Assembly: GCA_024346625.1 (NCBI GenBank)
Contig: AP024664.1
Coordinates: 2,914,001 to 2,978,000, forward strand
Direction of reading: 5' to 3'
DNA from: Williopsis jadinii
Lineage: Eukaryota
DNA length: 64,000 bases
A model generated the notes under the pieces. It was given only the letters and a program-made list of their open reading frames with translations, was not told the origin of the DNA and did no database searches. Below, piece by piece: positions 1 through 10,848 of this stretch. Made by a program: the position numbers and the translations under genes. The stretch's first letter is position 1, and every line of letters begins with the position of its first letter.

Positions 1-1457
1 TCGTAGAATCTGAAAACAAGACGGAGAATGGTAGACTTACCACTGCCAGAAGGGCCAACAATGGCAACCTTCTCACCACCTGGTATGACAAACGAACAGT
101 TATTCAAAATTGGACGTTGTGGGTGATATCCAAACGTGACGTTTTCGAATCTGATTTCTCCTTTCTTCAACATCAAAGGTGGCGCATTTGGTTTACTCGT
201 GATGAGCACTTGATTCTTCTGCAATTGGAACAGAGTCTCCATGTCCAACAATGACTGTTTCAACTCCCTGTAAACAGAGCCCAAAAAGTTCAAAGGCACT
301 GACAGTTGGAACACCAACTGGTTAATCAACACCAAGTCACCAACCGTTAAGGAACCTGAAGCAACACCATCAGCAGCCATATACATCATTGCTGTCAACG
401 CTGACGTGAAGATCAAGTTTTGGCCAGAGTTCAGGAAAGCAAGAGAAGTGGCAATTTTAATGGAGAAGTCCTGGTATTTTTGCAGAGCCATGTCGTACTT
501 CTTTGCCTGATAAGCCTCGTTGTTGAAATACTTGACACTTTCAAAGTTAATCAAGGAATCAAGTGCAACGCTTGCAGCCTTATTGTCGGCGTTGTTTGCT
601 CTTCTTCTGAATCCAGTTCTCCAAGCAGTTGTTCTGATGGTGAATATACTGTATGCCAACATGGTGAGTAGAGTAACAGCAGCAAAGTTCATACCATAGT
701 TATACGTCAAGATACCAGACACAACAGAGATTTCAAAAGTAATCGGCAGGATATGGAACACCATGGCAGTTAACACATAGCTAATACCCTTTGTACCACG
801 GTCGATTGCTCTTGTTAACCCACCTGTCTGTCTGCTCAAGTGGAATCCCAAATCCAAGTTGAGCAAATGTCTAAACGTATTATGTGCCACTTTTCTGATT
901 GCACTCTGGGAAACAGTTGCGAAGATGGCATTTCTCAGCTCTCCAAAGAGCACTGCACCGAATCTTGCACCACCGTACGCTAAGATTGTACCCCCGATGA
1001 TTGTAGACACCAAGCCAACCTCGTTGGTCCAGTCGATATTCATACCGTCAATGATAGACTTGAAGTAGAACGGCACCTGAACGTTGAGCAACTTTGCAAG
1101 CACAAGGAAAGACAGCGCCACAACAACACGTACTTTGAACCCAAAGTTATTCTTTGGCCATAGGTACGACATCAAGTGTCTTATGATCTTCCACTGGGAT
1201 AAGCGCGGGTGCTGCTTTGGACCGTTCGGAAGCGCGTTATCACTTGAAGCCTTTAACAATGGTCTTGACGTGTGTAGTTGTCGCTGGCAGTGTGATTTGA
1301 CGGGCTGGGTTGGCAATCTCAAAGAATGCACATTAAACACCTTCAACTGGAATAAGTGTGGCTTTGTGGATAACAGCCTCTTTGAGCTTGTGCCTATTGG
1401 AGACCTCAATTGTCTCAGTGCTAAGGTGAGATGAGATACACCGCAGTTGAGCCTCAT
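1..1457 (-). CDS. ATM1: Mitochondrial ABC half-transporter (Fe-S export); 5' part, runs off the window edge
   Basis: Hand translation from ATG at 1457: presequence-like [10 protein letters not shown]..., then [36 protein letters not shown], through to [10 protein letters not shown] and [13 protein letters not shown] (Walker A). Not in the ORF track. Confidence 0.95.
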   Translation of the reverse strand, partial: MRLNCGVSHLTLALRQLRSPIGTSSKRLLSTKPHLFQLKVFNVHSLRLPTQPVKSHCQRQLHTSRPLLKASSDNALPNGPKQHPRLSQWKIIRHLMSYLWPKNNFGFKVRVVVALSFLVLAKLLNVQVPFYFKSIIDGMNIDWTNEVGLVSTIIGGTILAYGGARFGAVLFGELRNAIFATVSQSAIRKVAHNTFRHLLNLDLGFHLSRQTGGLTRAIDRGTKGISYVLTAMVFHILPITFEISVVSGILTYNYGMNFAAVTLLTMLAYSIFTIRTTAWRTGFRRRANNADNKAASVALDSLINFESVKYFNNEAYQAKKYDMALQKYQDFSIKIATSLAFLNSGQNLIFTSALTAMMYMAADGVASGSLTVGDLVLINQLVFQLSVPLNFLGSVYRELKQSLLDMETLFQLQKNQVLITSKPNAPPLMLKKGEIRFENVTFGYHPQRPILNNCSFVIPGGEKVAIVGPSGSGKSTILRLVFRFY

Positions 1458-1856
1458 TTCACACAGCTTTTTCCAACTGAGTCCCTTGATTGAGAGAAGG
1501 ATCTAGCAGACGACAAAGATTATGGCTGTTTATTGGCGGGTTTTTTCCCATGAGATTTCCACACGCTTCTGTGCTGTGGGTTTTTGTTGCCGATCGCGGA
1601 ATTAGAACATCTGTGTTTGCTTGTTGCTATGGGAACAGCTCTACATCTAAGTCGTATAAAGCTATTTGGTGCTATCATGCGATGAATTGATAGTTGATGT
1701 GTTCTACAGTGCGCAATGTAATCTCATTAGATCGTTTATGTTGAACTGCATGTTTCATCGTTATGTGTGATTCAATGTGGAACAAGAGCATGGGGTCAAC
1801 AGTCGCCGAGCATGGGGACTTATGTCTACGTCCAATGTATGTGGAAAGAACTAATC

Positions 1857-2333
1857 TCACTTCCAGAACCACCAGCCTCTATTCTGTCTTTGTTCCAGTG
1901 CCAGTTCCTTTTCTTGTAATTGCACAAGTTTCGTCTCCAGTTCCTTGAGTTTCTCATCCTTCTCGATGTCCACAGCGTAGTTCGTCAATCCGACACCCAA
2001 CGCTACCGATGTTAACCCAGCAAACAGTCCTCCAAGTACCAGAGCAGCAAATGTCCGCTGTGGCTTAGGAGAGCGGGGACCCCACTCACCGAAATATATA
2101 TAGTACAAGGCCCGTTGTTCGTCTCTTGTGAGGTCTTGCCATGGCTGTGCCAGTCTCTCGTTGAGATAGTCTAGTACGTCCAATTGATCCCCTTCTTTCA
2201 TCTTAGCCCATCGGTGTTCGATGCCCTTTAGGTCGGGAGATGCATTGGACGTTGTTGAGAGTCTAGCGTGTCTGATACACGGAAAGCTCTTAAGTGACAC
2301 GTTAACGGTTTTGATACTTCTAATCATTGACAT
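1857..2333 (-). CDS. COX4/Cox5-family mitochondrial membrane protein, probably the MTC3/GEP7-like paralogue
   Basis: Presequence, IEHRW...PWQDLTRDEQRALYYIYFGEWGPR motif and one TM helix. Lacks the C-terminal KEWQ...ANP motif of bona fide Cox5. Confidence 0.7.
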   Translation of the reverse strand: MSMIRSIKTVNVSLKSFPCIRHARLSTTSNASPDLKGIEHRWAKMKEGDQLDVLDYLNERLAQPWQDLTRDEQRALYYIYFGEWGPRSPKPQRTFAALVLGGLFAGLTSVALGVGLTNYAVDIEKDEKLKELETKLVQLQEKELALEQRQNRGWWFWK

Positions 2334-2805
2334 ACTTCAAGCTGGAGGGTTCCAATTGCAATTGTCCACACAACCGTGCTTAGATTCCCCTTCACACAAC
2401 ATTTACACCTCTTTACCAACTATTTTTTTCGCTTCCGTCCGTCTTTCCCCATCGCCAACGTTTCCCTACAACTTCCACGTAAAATTTGAGGTGTCATTTC
2501 AACGTGTGAGTTCCTCACTGTGATTGGCCAAACAGGTCATCATATCCACCACCCACCAGGAAGGTCGATCACTCTCTATACTTAGCCATAGAAGCTTCTT
2601 TCCCTCGCCTTCTCTCGTTCAAATAGACGCACCTGCACACTTGTATTACCCGATTTGGTAGTCAATACCTACCTCTCCCCCCCCCACAAATTAATCCGTA
2701 CACCACGCAAAAAGTCAGGTACCCTGCACCAAACAGCAGATCCAATTTTGACACCACAGCATAGAAGCGTCATTCATCTGGGATAACATCAATCAACAAC
2801 TGAAT

Positions 2806-3243
2806 ATGTCGCTTACTGTGAGTACAATGGTCACAAGATGGTAGATGGGTACTGAAATGTCTGCTAACAATCCTTGGTAGACTGAATTTAACAATGCTGG
2901 GGAACCATGGTCTGCGCCGGTTAAGACCACGAGTAATGGGTTCCTGTCCTTAAACATGATCATTTTCTGTGAGTTATAAGCTATTGGTCAACTGTTTAAT
3001 AATATGACTAACACATACGTTTTCGTCTCTGCTATAGCCTTGGTGTTCCTTTGTTTGGCAACAGTTGATGATAAGCATACAAGAGCTGGATCCATCAAAT
3101 ACGTTATTTTCAGCGCCCTAGCAGCTTTGTCCATTGGGTAGGTTCTTGATGTGTCAACACAGTATAAAGCACGGATATACTAACACACCATTAACAGATT
3201 TGGTACAATTACGCTCGCTGACTATGTTGGTGTGTATGTTTGA
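2806..3243 (+). CDS. OST5: Oligosaccharyltransferase subunit Ost5/TMEM258; 4 exons (2806-2817, 2881-2968, 3038-3137, 3198-3243), 81 aa
   Basis: Three GT..CTAAC..YAG introns. Spliced product MSLTTEFNNAGEPWSAPV...GFGTITLADYVGVYV has two TM segments and the diagnostic GVYV C-terminus. Confidence 0.9.
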
Positions 3244-3291
3244 ATCAAGGTTATATCTCTTTTATGTAAAAAAAAAGGCAATGTATATGAG

Positions 3292-5103
3292 TTAGTCAAT
3301 TCCTAAATCCTTCTTCGTTAGAATTAGAGAGTCCAGTTCTTCGCTCTCATTAAGGCTTGAAATCAGCGCCTTAACTTCTTCAATGCGTGAGCTCAACAAT
3401 GATTCTCTGGTCTTTCCAAGACTTTTCAGGATCTCACCGTTTAGCCTATTGCATAGTTTCAAAACTTCCTCGTTGCTTAACAGATACCCAAATTCACTTT
3501 CTGAAGGGTCTTGGTAAGCAAGAAGCGAAAAGATATCGTTCAAATGATCTAATTGTTTGCTGGACTCAGACGAGAGATTTGCGGATAGACTGTGTCCAAA
3601 CTTAATTGCCTCGTCAATCTTGGACTCTTTGATCAGTTGGATCAATTTTTGACATTGTAATTCAAACAGTATAGAGCCATCTTCTTCAAACACAGAGGGG
3701 AACTTCATTCTTGTTAAACTGATAGCCTCATCCAGCTGTCCCTTAATCAAGTAATTCCGAATCTGCTGGCGTATCTGTAAAACCTCGGTGTCTATAGGAT
3801 CACCAGCCACATTGGTGATCCCAATTTCCTTATCGTCATCAGATATCTCCTCTGCGAAGGCTTTACATACGTCAACATATCCCAGATAATCAAAGTATGA
3901 AGCCACCAGCGCTCTTGCATCATAAAAGATGGCATCCTCCGTGTCTGCTGTATAAAGATCAAGTGAACTTGGGTTGTTTGATAACGTTCCAGTAGAAGCA
4001 TTCATATTGACATCCTCATCTTCGTCTGTTTTCGTTGCGAGGTTCATTATTTTTGCCTTCAACTTCCTTCCCACTTGAGAAACATAACCTTCGATGTTAT
4101 ATGCAAAATCGCTTTGGCCAAAGTTTGTCATTATGGCGTTGTCGTCCTTCATACCAATCACCGCTACTAACGGCGAATATACGTCCTTAAATGCGGTGCC
4201 CAGATGAACACCATTCTTGGTATAGAAAATAGTCTTGTTAGTGAAGTTAACACCGCATCCAATGACATCGTTAATACCAAATGGTTTGTTATACTTTTCG
4301 CTCAAGGTGTGGTTGGCATAGACGTTACCATCTGCACCGTGGAATCCATAAGTACCATTCTCCAATCCCGGGGCTTTTGAAATGTTTGATAATTCTCCAG
4401 CATTCATGAATCCCAAAGAGATGTCGCAAGCTTTTTCATAGTTTTTGCTCGATGCATTCAATACCCTTATCTCATAGTAGAAGACACCACAGTTTATAGG
4501 AATAACAGCATTACCCTTTGCACATTTCACATCATAGTGCCTTTGGGCGGGCTGTGATTGTCTGAAAGCAAATTTGACATTCAACCCATTCTGCGAAAGA
4601 GCGAGCGGTGAGTTGGGGCTTGTGACCCACTTAGTTGGTAGTGGATAGTTCTTTCCAATGGATCCCTTAGAACGCTTCTTAGCATCACCATTCACGTTAT
4701 CTGAGCCATCTTCATGCTCCTCACCGTCAAAATCGTTAGGGTTTCGACTCACAGACACTGAATCCTCCTCAGCAAAGTCCCCAAGGTCAGCCATTTCCTC
4801 ATCGTAATGAACGCTTTGAATGATATTTCTACTGGAGTTTGCAGAAGTCTCCTCCTGATTCTGGCCACCTCTGTTCATGGCATGTTCCAATATATCACCA
4901 CTATCACTTATAGTCTGTACAAACTGATCATTATAGTCTGTGAACCGCCCTGGAAGGCTACCCATCACACCACTCGTCGACAGTTCTGTCAACCTGACCA
5001 CTTTCTCTGTCTCTTTAGACTCGTTTGACATTGACTCCTGTAGCCTTTCACCAAAGGTGGTCAACAGCAAATAAGGGGGAACCGACATCTCATCACACGA
5101 CAT
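3292..5103 (-). CDS. VID30: GID/CTLH complex subunit (SPRY-LisH-CTLH-CRA), Vid30/Gid1/RanBPM-like
   Basis: SPRY motifs (GVFYYEI, YGFHGADG, DVIGCGVNF, FYTKNG), CTLH (IRNYLIKGQLDEAI) and CRA (FSLLAY). The track extension to 5409 overlaps the tRNA, so the start is placed at MSCDEM (5103). Confidence 0.8.
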   Translation of the reverse strand: MSCDEMSVPPYLLLTTFGERLQESMSNESKETEKVVRLTELSTSGVMGSLPGRFTDYNDQFVQTISDSGDILEHAMNRGGQNQEETSANSSRNIIQSVHYDEEMADLGDFAEEDSVSVSRNPNDFDGEEHEDGSDNVNGDAKKRSKGSIGKNYPLPTKWVTSPNSPLALSQNGLNVKFAFRQSQPAQRHYDVKCAKGNAVIPINCGVFYYEIRVLNASSKNYEKACDISLGFMNAGELSNISKAPGLENGTYGFHGADGNVYANHTLSEKYNKPFGINDVIGCGVNFTNKTIFYTKNGVHLGTAFKDVYSPLVAVIGMKDDNAIMTNFGQSDFAYNIEGYVSQVGRKLKAKIMNLATKTDEDEDVNMNASTGTLSNNPSSLDLYTADTEDAIFYDARALVASYFDYLGYVDVCKAFAEEISDDDKEIGITNVAGDPIDTEVLQIRQQIRNYLIKGQLDEAISLTRMKFPSVFEEDGSILFELQCQKLIQLIKESKIDEAIKFGHSLSANLSSESSKQLDHLNDIFSLLAYQDPSESEFGYLLSNEEVLKLCNRLNGEILKSLGKTRESLLSSRIEEVKALISSLNESEELDSLILTKKDLGID

Positions 5104-5331
5104 TTGCTTCACTTTATGCTCCGTGCAATAGAAACAAATGAACAAGCAATCACTTCCACTGCTTTGTTTCTTAAACAACTCTGTAGTGTCCTGTTGGCTG
5201 TGCTTATCACAAAGCTTCTGGGCCTCATACTTTGGGGAAGAATGGCTCAGATTGAATGAAATCCGGCTCGCAGTCACGAGGCATCTATTTCCGGCCGTCT
5301 GAAAAATCTTATAAGCGAGCCAAAAAAAAAT

Positions 5332-5423
5332 CTTCCCCGCCAGGAGTCGAACCTGGAATCTTCTGGTTTCAGAAGTAACCACTGAATCGTAGCCAGACGC
5401 CGTGACCATTGGGCCACGAGGAA
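5332..5423 (-). tRNA. tRNA-Arg(ACG) with a 19-nt intron (5368-5386)
   Basis: TTCCTCGTGGCCCAATGGTCACGGCGTCTGGCT-ACG-A[TTCAGTGGTTACTTCTGAA]ACCAGAAGATTCCAGGTTCGACTCCTGGCGGGGAAG, followed by a T9 Pol III terminator (5322-5330). Confidence 0.95.
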
Positions 5424-5594
5424 CAGATTTCGATTTGTTTTGAATGTTCTGTTCGCCTCATACAGTTGTGACTTATCTGACGAGTCGTGCATGAAACAAT
5501 TCATATACATAATGGCAACTTCAAATGTGAAGAGAATTAGTTGAGCGGAAGGTACTTCAAGAGAACTCTACTTCCACCCTTGGATGCTGATGCA

Positions 5595-6617
5595 ATGAAC
5601 GTAGACATGGGTAAGTGCCTCACTGTGCATTCTTCCTTAACACGGACTAACATTTCAACAGAGGAAAGACAGCAGGACATGTGTCCGATCTGCAAGACAG
5701 ATAGATACTTGTCACCGGATATGAAGTTTTTGGTGAACCCGGAGTGCTATCATAAGATGTGTGAATCATGCGTGGATCGTATCTTTGCCATGGGTCCTGC
5801 ACCTTGTCCGTATCCAAAGTGTGGTAAGACCTTGAGAAAGAATAAGTTCAAGACTCAGATATTTGACAACATTGAAGTCGAGAGGGAAGTTGATGTCAGG
5901 AAAAGGGTGTCTAGAGTGTTCAACAAAGTCCGAGAGGATTTCGATACACTGGACGACTATAACAAATACCTCGAGGAGCTGGAAGATATAGTGTTTAACA
6001 TCGTGAATGGAGTTGATGTTGAAGCAACTGAGCAGAAATTGAAAGAGTATGAGGAGAGCAATAAGCCAAATATTGAGGAGAATAATGCAAAGAGGCAAAA
6101 AGAACTTGAAGAGTTCAAAGAACAAGAACAACGCAAGCACGATTTACGGATGAAGAAGAACCTTATTGAAAGACAGATTGAACAGGAAGCTAGAGAAATG
6201 AAGGAACTCGAAAAGAAGGAAATCATAAACACCTTGGCCTCTGGGGACGGTACGCAGGATGCAACAAAGGCAGTGTCCCAGGTGAGGAAGTCGATGTTGA
6301 AGAGATCATCGGCTCGTCGTAAGCAACTGGACGAGATCATGCAAGCGCTCAATTCATCCCGCCAGGCTAAAGGCGAGGATAAGAAGCATAACGTTCCATT
6401 TACACCATTCAATGGAGATCGTACTTCGCAACACAACTTTGATATACACGACTCATACTACGATCCGTTCTTGGATGAGCTCAAGAGCAAAAAAGAGTAC
6501 ATTGCGTCAGGGTTTGAAGTACATGCGGTTTATGACCGTGTATTAACGGAGGCATTTACAGGACTAGGATGTTACATTGAGCAAGAGAAAAAAGAACTGA
6601 ATGACGCCATTGTATAA
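5595..6617 (+). CDS. TFB3: TFIIH/CAK assembly factor MAT1 (RING); intron 5611-5661
   Basis: DMCPICKTDRYLSPDMKFLVNPECYHKMCESCVDRIF RING domain; GTAAGT..GACTAAC..CAG intron. Confidence 0.95.
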   Translation: MNVDMGKCLTVHSSLTRTNISTEERQQDMCPICKTDRYLSPDMKFLVNPECYHKMCESCVDRIFAMGPAPCPYPKCGKTLRKNKFKTQIFDNIEVEREVDVRKRVSRVFNKVREDFDTLDDYNKYLEELEDIVFNIVNGVDVEATEQKLKEYEESNKPNIEENNAKRQKELEEFKEQEQRKHDLRMKKNLIERQIEQEAREMKELEKKEIINTLASGDGTQDATKAVSQVRKSMLKRSSARRKQLDEIMQALNSSRQAKGEDKKHNVPFTPFNGDRTSQHNFDIHDSYYDPFLDELKSKKEYIASGFEVHAVYDRVLTEAFTGLGCYIEQEKKELNDAIV

Positions 6618-6640
6618 AGTGTCGATACATCGCAAATATA

Positions 6641-7225
6641 TCACAGTCCGCGTAGCTGAATGGCTGCTACTATCTGATGACTTAGAACTGTAAGATCTTC
6701 TGATTTCAACTTGTAGTTCTTCGATATAATACTGTTAGTACATATGTGTGTGATGGGGGGGGGAAATGGAGTACTTACTTTCTTAATGGTCTTTAAGATT
6801 GCACTTGATTTTAGATCCTCATCTGTAATATCGACCTCTTCACCTTCAACAACACTCAAGTCAAATTCTTCCTGACTGTTTGAGTCTACGATCTTTATCA
6901 CGATCAAGTCCGTGGAGTCATCTTGTATTCCAAATCTTCTAAGCGCATCCATGATGTTTTGGGTTGGGCTTAGACTGAAGATGACCTCGGAGTGTATTGT
7001 CTTGGTTCTGATCTTATCCTGTGTATGGTCCAAAAGTGCTCTATAAACTGCGGATAAGAGCTGTTCCTCAGAGAGTACTGTCTGCGCATTGATGAAAGAG
7101 AAGTCATAACGTTTATCACCCTTGATCAAGTTCTGTTTGATCTCTTTACTGTTTGTAACATTCTTAAACTTGAACAAGTGCACTGTGAACTGTGGGAATT
7201 GTGGTAAAACTGTCTTAATGCTCAT
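6641..7225 (-). CDS. CGI121: KEOPS/EKC subunit; intron 6719-6778
   Basis: IRTKTIHSEVIFSLSPTQNIMDALRRFGI and C-terminal AIQLRGL. Removing the GTAAGT..TACTAAC..AAG intron restores IKK|NYKL. Confidence 0.93.
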   Translation of the reverse strand: MSIKTVLPQFPQFTVHLFKFKNVTNSKEIKQNLIKGDKRYDFSFINAQTVLSEEQLLSAVYRALLDHTQDKIRTKTIHSEVIFSLSPTQNIMDALRRFGIQDDSTDLIVIKIVDSNSQEEFDLSVVEGEEVDITDEDLKSSAILKTIKKVSTPFPPPITHICTNSIISKNYKLKSEDLTVLSHQIVAAIQLRGL

Positions 7226-7423
7226 TGTTAACACGGTGATGAGGCCCTTTTCGAATAGGTTGTTTGAAAGCTTTGCACAGGTACGGAAATTTTGTTTTCG
7301 CTCCTATACAAAGCAGCAACACCGCAACAAGGTCAGCCTCTACGATCAAAATTACTCAACTACACGGAGAAATTTCTCAACACTTCCATTGGTGCTTGTT
7401 GTTGTAATATATAATACAAACAT

Positions 7424-8101
7424 CTATGACCTTCTTGAAGAATAAGTAGCGTTTGTTCTACCAGGGTACGCACTGCTTCTGGGAGGCTTCGGAGGAGGCG
7501 CATAGATATTGGTACTGTAAGATGGATTTGGTGACACTGGTCTCTGTGGAAGCTGTGGTGCTGCGGGTTCCTGAGGCCAGCTTGGAGATGCTGGTCGTGG
7601 TGGATAGCTTGGGGCATTCCAGTTCTGCTGTTGCATCTGTATAGGTGTGTGAGGAGTGAGATACGTGGGGCTTTGAGCATTGTAGCCGAGACCTGGGTGT
7701 GGTGCTGCTGGTCTGGTGTACTCACTGGACAATGGCACAGGGATGCTTTGTCTCTGATATCCGCTCGATGGTAGAGGAGAAGGAGGCGTCGTAGAGGGCC
7801 GTGGAGGGAGTCTTGGTGATTGCGGCGCGAGTTGAGGAGACGGGTGTGGGTCTATCTCTGAATAAGCCGGTGGTGGCACCTCTGGTGGTGAATCATCCAC
7901 GTTCAATGATGTATCAATGCTTATCTGTGGGACGTCAGGTCGCTGTGTTGGTCTGGGACCGGCTTGAGGTGCGGAGTTGGTAGTGGTGCCCGTGTTTGAA
8001 GCACTTGTGCTCGATGCTGGCTCGTAGTCATTCAAAGAGTTCCTCAGTTCCTGCTGATACTCCTCCTCTATATTCTGGGCAAAGGGGTTATTGGACGACA
8101 T
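7424..8101 (-). CDS. Uncharacterised proline-rich disordered protein with NPF, PPxY and SH3-ligand motifs
   Basis: 225-aa ATG ORF filling the intergenic space; TATATATA about 100 bp upstream; no folded domain recognised. Confidence 0.8.
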   Translation of the reverse strand: MSSNNPFAQNIEEEYQQELRNSLNDYEPASSTSASNTGTTTNSAPQAGPRPTQRPDVPQISIDTSLNVDDSPPEVPPPAYSEIDPHPSPQLAPQSPRLPPRPSTTPPSPLPSSGYQRQSIPVPLSSEYTRPAAPHPGLGYNAQSPTYLTPHTPIQMQQQNWNAPSYPPRPASPSWPQEPAAPQLPQRPVSPNPSYSTNIYAPPPKPPRSSAYPGRTNATYSSRRS

Positions 8102-8385
8102 TTCCGGCCAAACAACACACGCCGATGGACTGTTATACCCTAAACGCCTTCATCGACTAGAGCTGGTTACGAAGTAAATACCCGTGTCGTGAAGTAGGTG
8201 TATATATAGGAAGCAGTGCTCATAATGTCTGCCTATTCTAGACTATTTCCTGTTTCGGATATTAAGCTCCTTTTTGTGTGTGTTTTTGTGGTTTCTGCCC
8301 GCTTTCGAAAAAGGTTGAAAAAGTTTTGAAAACATCGCCGGCTAACAACACACTGATACGTTGAGCACAACCATAGTGTTTGACC

Positions 8386-8874
8386 ATGTTGACGTCTCCT
8401 ATCAAATCACAGATCGCTACGCTCTCAAGAGCCGTTAATGGTTCAACCAATACGAAATATCTCATAAGCTCCTTACCATTGCAATTTGCCCGTGGTAAGC
8501 GTACCAAAAGAACCGTCACAGTCAGTGCCGGGACGCAAAGAATCATCACACAGCTCTCTGTCATCTCAGCTAGAAAGAAAGTACCACGTGTTCTCAAACT
8601 AAGCAACGAAGATCTGATCAGACATGACACTGTGCAGAGAGCATGGACTCTTTTCCAACGTGAAAAGAGACAACAGCAAGATGAACAACTGTCGAAGCAG
8701 TACGATTCCATCATCAATGCTTTAGAGGACTTGAAGGCGGTTGCTCCAGAGCTTTACGCGGTAGCAAACAAGAAGGAGAAGGGTAAGAGATTCCCACTGG
8801 AGGCTAGAATTCCAGTGGACTACCCTCCAAACAAAATATGGTACTACGACGTTGCTAAGGACGAGTCCAAATGA
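8386..8874 (+). CDS. MRPL28: Mitochondrial ribosomal protein mL40
   Basis: QRIITQLSVISARKKVP, EDLIRHDTVQRAW, RFPLEARIPVDYPPNKIW. Confidence 0.92.
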   Translation: MLTSPIKSQIATLSRAVNGSTNTKYLISSLPLQFARGKRTKRTVTVSAGTQRIITQLSVISARKKVPRVLKLSNEDLIRHDTVQRAWTLFQREKRQQQDEQLSKQYDSIINALEDLKAVAPELYAVANKKEKGKRFPLEARIPVDYPPNKIWYYDVAKDESK

Positions 8875-8944
8875 TCACATAGGTTTTACTTGTAAATAAT
8901 GGATACATATTACTCTTTTCTTCCACTTGGGACATAGCCTGAAA

Positions 8945-10588
8945 CTACCAGAGCCTTTGTAGCCATGATGTTTGTGCACCTTTTCTCTCAATGTTTGGCA
9001 TGCAAAGCCAAGTGGCCATCATTCCTAAGTAACATGCAAGCACAATAGGATGTAAGATATACGTTCCCGTAAACTCACTGCCCATACCCACGGCAAACGG
9101 GACAGCAGAACCACCCGAAGATCCAAACGCAGTTCCAAGAGTCATTGAGCAGAATCTGATCTTTCTTGGGAGGATTCTCGTGATCAACGAGATCATAAGT
9201 GGATAAATCGGGCCTATCAAAAGCCCAATAAAGGATAGGCATACGCCAGCAGCGATGGTATTTGGAATAAACCAAACGCAAAAGTCCAAGATCATGATCA
9301 AGATCATCAAGACAACAATGGCTCTTCTCACGCTAAACATACGCGATAGAATGGTCGTAAGGACAAATCTCCCAATCATAACACCTCCCCAGAAACCGGA
9401 TGCAATGTATCCAGTACTTTCTGGGTTGCCATGTCTGTAATCCAGTAGGAAAGTCACTGTCCATCCACCAAGTGATACTTCTGAGCCTTGGTAGAAAAAA
9501 ATGAAAAAGCATACAAGCCAAGTTCTATAATCTTTGAAGGCTGCTTTAAAATCATGTTTCTGTTCTGGCTTTTTAGGCTCTTCATTAGTAATTTCCTGAA
9601 CATCATCCTTAACGGTCTCAAGTGGAATAGATTCATCTTGTGGACTCGAAGAAGGTGCGTTAGAAGGTTCCAGCTCAACAGTTTCCCATTTCTTCAAGTC
9701 TTCATGACAATTATTGAAGGCCCAAGGTGTGAAGATCACATTTAGACATGCTAATGCTAAGGGTATAAAATAGAAAAAGTGCCATTTGATGTGATGGTTC
9801 ACCATCGCTGTACCGATCAGTGGTGCTATGAATGCACCTAGGCCATAGGTACCATGGAATATACCAAGATAATGTGCGCCATTCAGTAGCTTTGCCAAGA
9901 AGATATTGAACTGTGATAATCCGATAGCACCACCTAGTCCACCGCAAAAAAACCCAATAACAATCACTGGGAATAGCGTTCCAGATGCTGCTAAGCTGTA
10001 CATTATGATAAACCCAGCAACGCTCAATGTCAAAGATTTCTGCATCCCAAGTTTAGAATCGATCATATGGGCCGTGAACGCAATGATAATGTAACCGATT
10101 GCATTTCCCAGCCAAATCAACGAGACAACTGCATATGAGATCCCATAGTAGGTCTCCATGTATGGTAAGATCGCACCCAACACACCATCCGTCAGTCCCG
10201 TTGTAAAGACCCAGACGCAACCAGCAATCACCCTGTACAAGTTCTTTGGTGGGTTTCTTATCGACATAATGTCCAAATCATGGGGAAGTGGCTCGCCATA
10301 TTCCACAAGTTTTGTCAATGTTGTTGCAGTCTCATGACGAACGTTATCAGGTCTCTGTTGGGAGGATGAACCAATTGAGAAGTTTGGCTCTGCCAGTTCA
10401 ACAGCTGGGGTTGTCGTCAATGACTCCTGAATCGTATCAGGAATGGCAGAAGGTAAATCTTTGAATGTTAAGCCTGCTCTTGGGACCAGAGAAGATCTTC
10501 TTCTAGCAACGGTTTGAGGCTCTGTTATCTCCTCCAGCTCCTCGTTTACAACAACATTTTCTTCGCTCTTCTTGTCACTTTCACTCAT
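8945..10588 (-). CDS. BSC6: MFS transporter, Bsc6-like
   Basis: About 12 TM helices; RNPPKNLYRV, GLTDGVLGAILPYME, FFYQGSEVSLGGW, SGFWGG. Confidence 0.75.
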   Translation of the reverse strand: MSESDKKSEENVVVNEELEEITEPQTVARRRSSLVPRAGLTFKDLPSAIPDTIQESLTTTPAVELAEPNFSIGSSSQQRPDNVRHETATTLTKLVEYGEPLPHDLDIMSIRNPPKNLYRVIAGCVWVFTTGLTDGVLGAILPYMETYYGISYAVVSLIWLGNAIGYIIIAFTAHMIDSKLGMQKSLTLSVAGFIIMYSLAASGTLFPVIVIGFFCGGLGGAIGLSQFNIFLAKLLNGAHYLGIFHGTYGLGAFIAPLIGTAMVNHHIKWHFFYFIPLALACLNVIFTPWAFNNCHEDLKKWETVELEPSNAPSSSPQDESIPLETVKDDVQEITNEEPKKPEQKHDFKAAFKDYRTWLVCFFIFFYQGSEVSLGGWTVTFLLDYRHGNPESTGYIASGFWGGVMIGRFVLTTILSRMFSVRRAIVVLMILIMILDFCVWFIPNTIAAGVCLSFIGLLIGPIYPLMISLITRILPRKIRFCSMTLGTAFGSSGGSAVPFAVGMGSEFTGTYILHPIVLACYLGMMATWLCMPNIERKGAQTSWLQRLW

Positions 10589-10848
10589 CTTTGTTGTCCA
10601 ATTGGTTATTGTAATATGCTATTGTCTTACAGTTTGAACATGTTGGTTTAAAAAAAACGTACATTAAAAAATTGGGACAACGGGGACAAACGTTGACAAG
10701 CGGTATAAAGTTTATCCCATGTTGCATATCCCCGACATCAATTTAACCGCTTATTTTTCCGAACTGTAAGTGTCTGGGGGCGTGTTGCCGCTTATTAAAG
10801 TCTCTGGACTAGTCCAATGAACTTTAAATAGATGGTCTTGTTCTAAAT

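Noticed and set aside
5104..5409. N-terminal extension of the 705-aa VID30 ORF
   Set aside because: It runs through the tRNA gene and its terminator; chance open frame.
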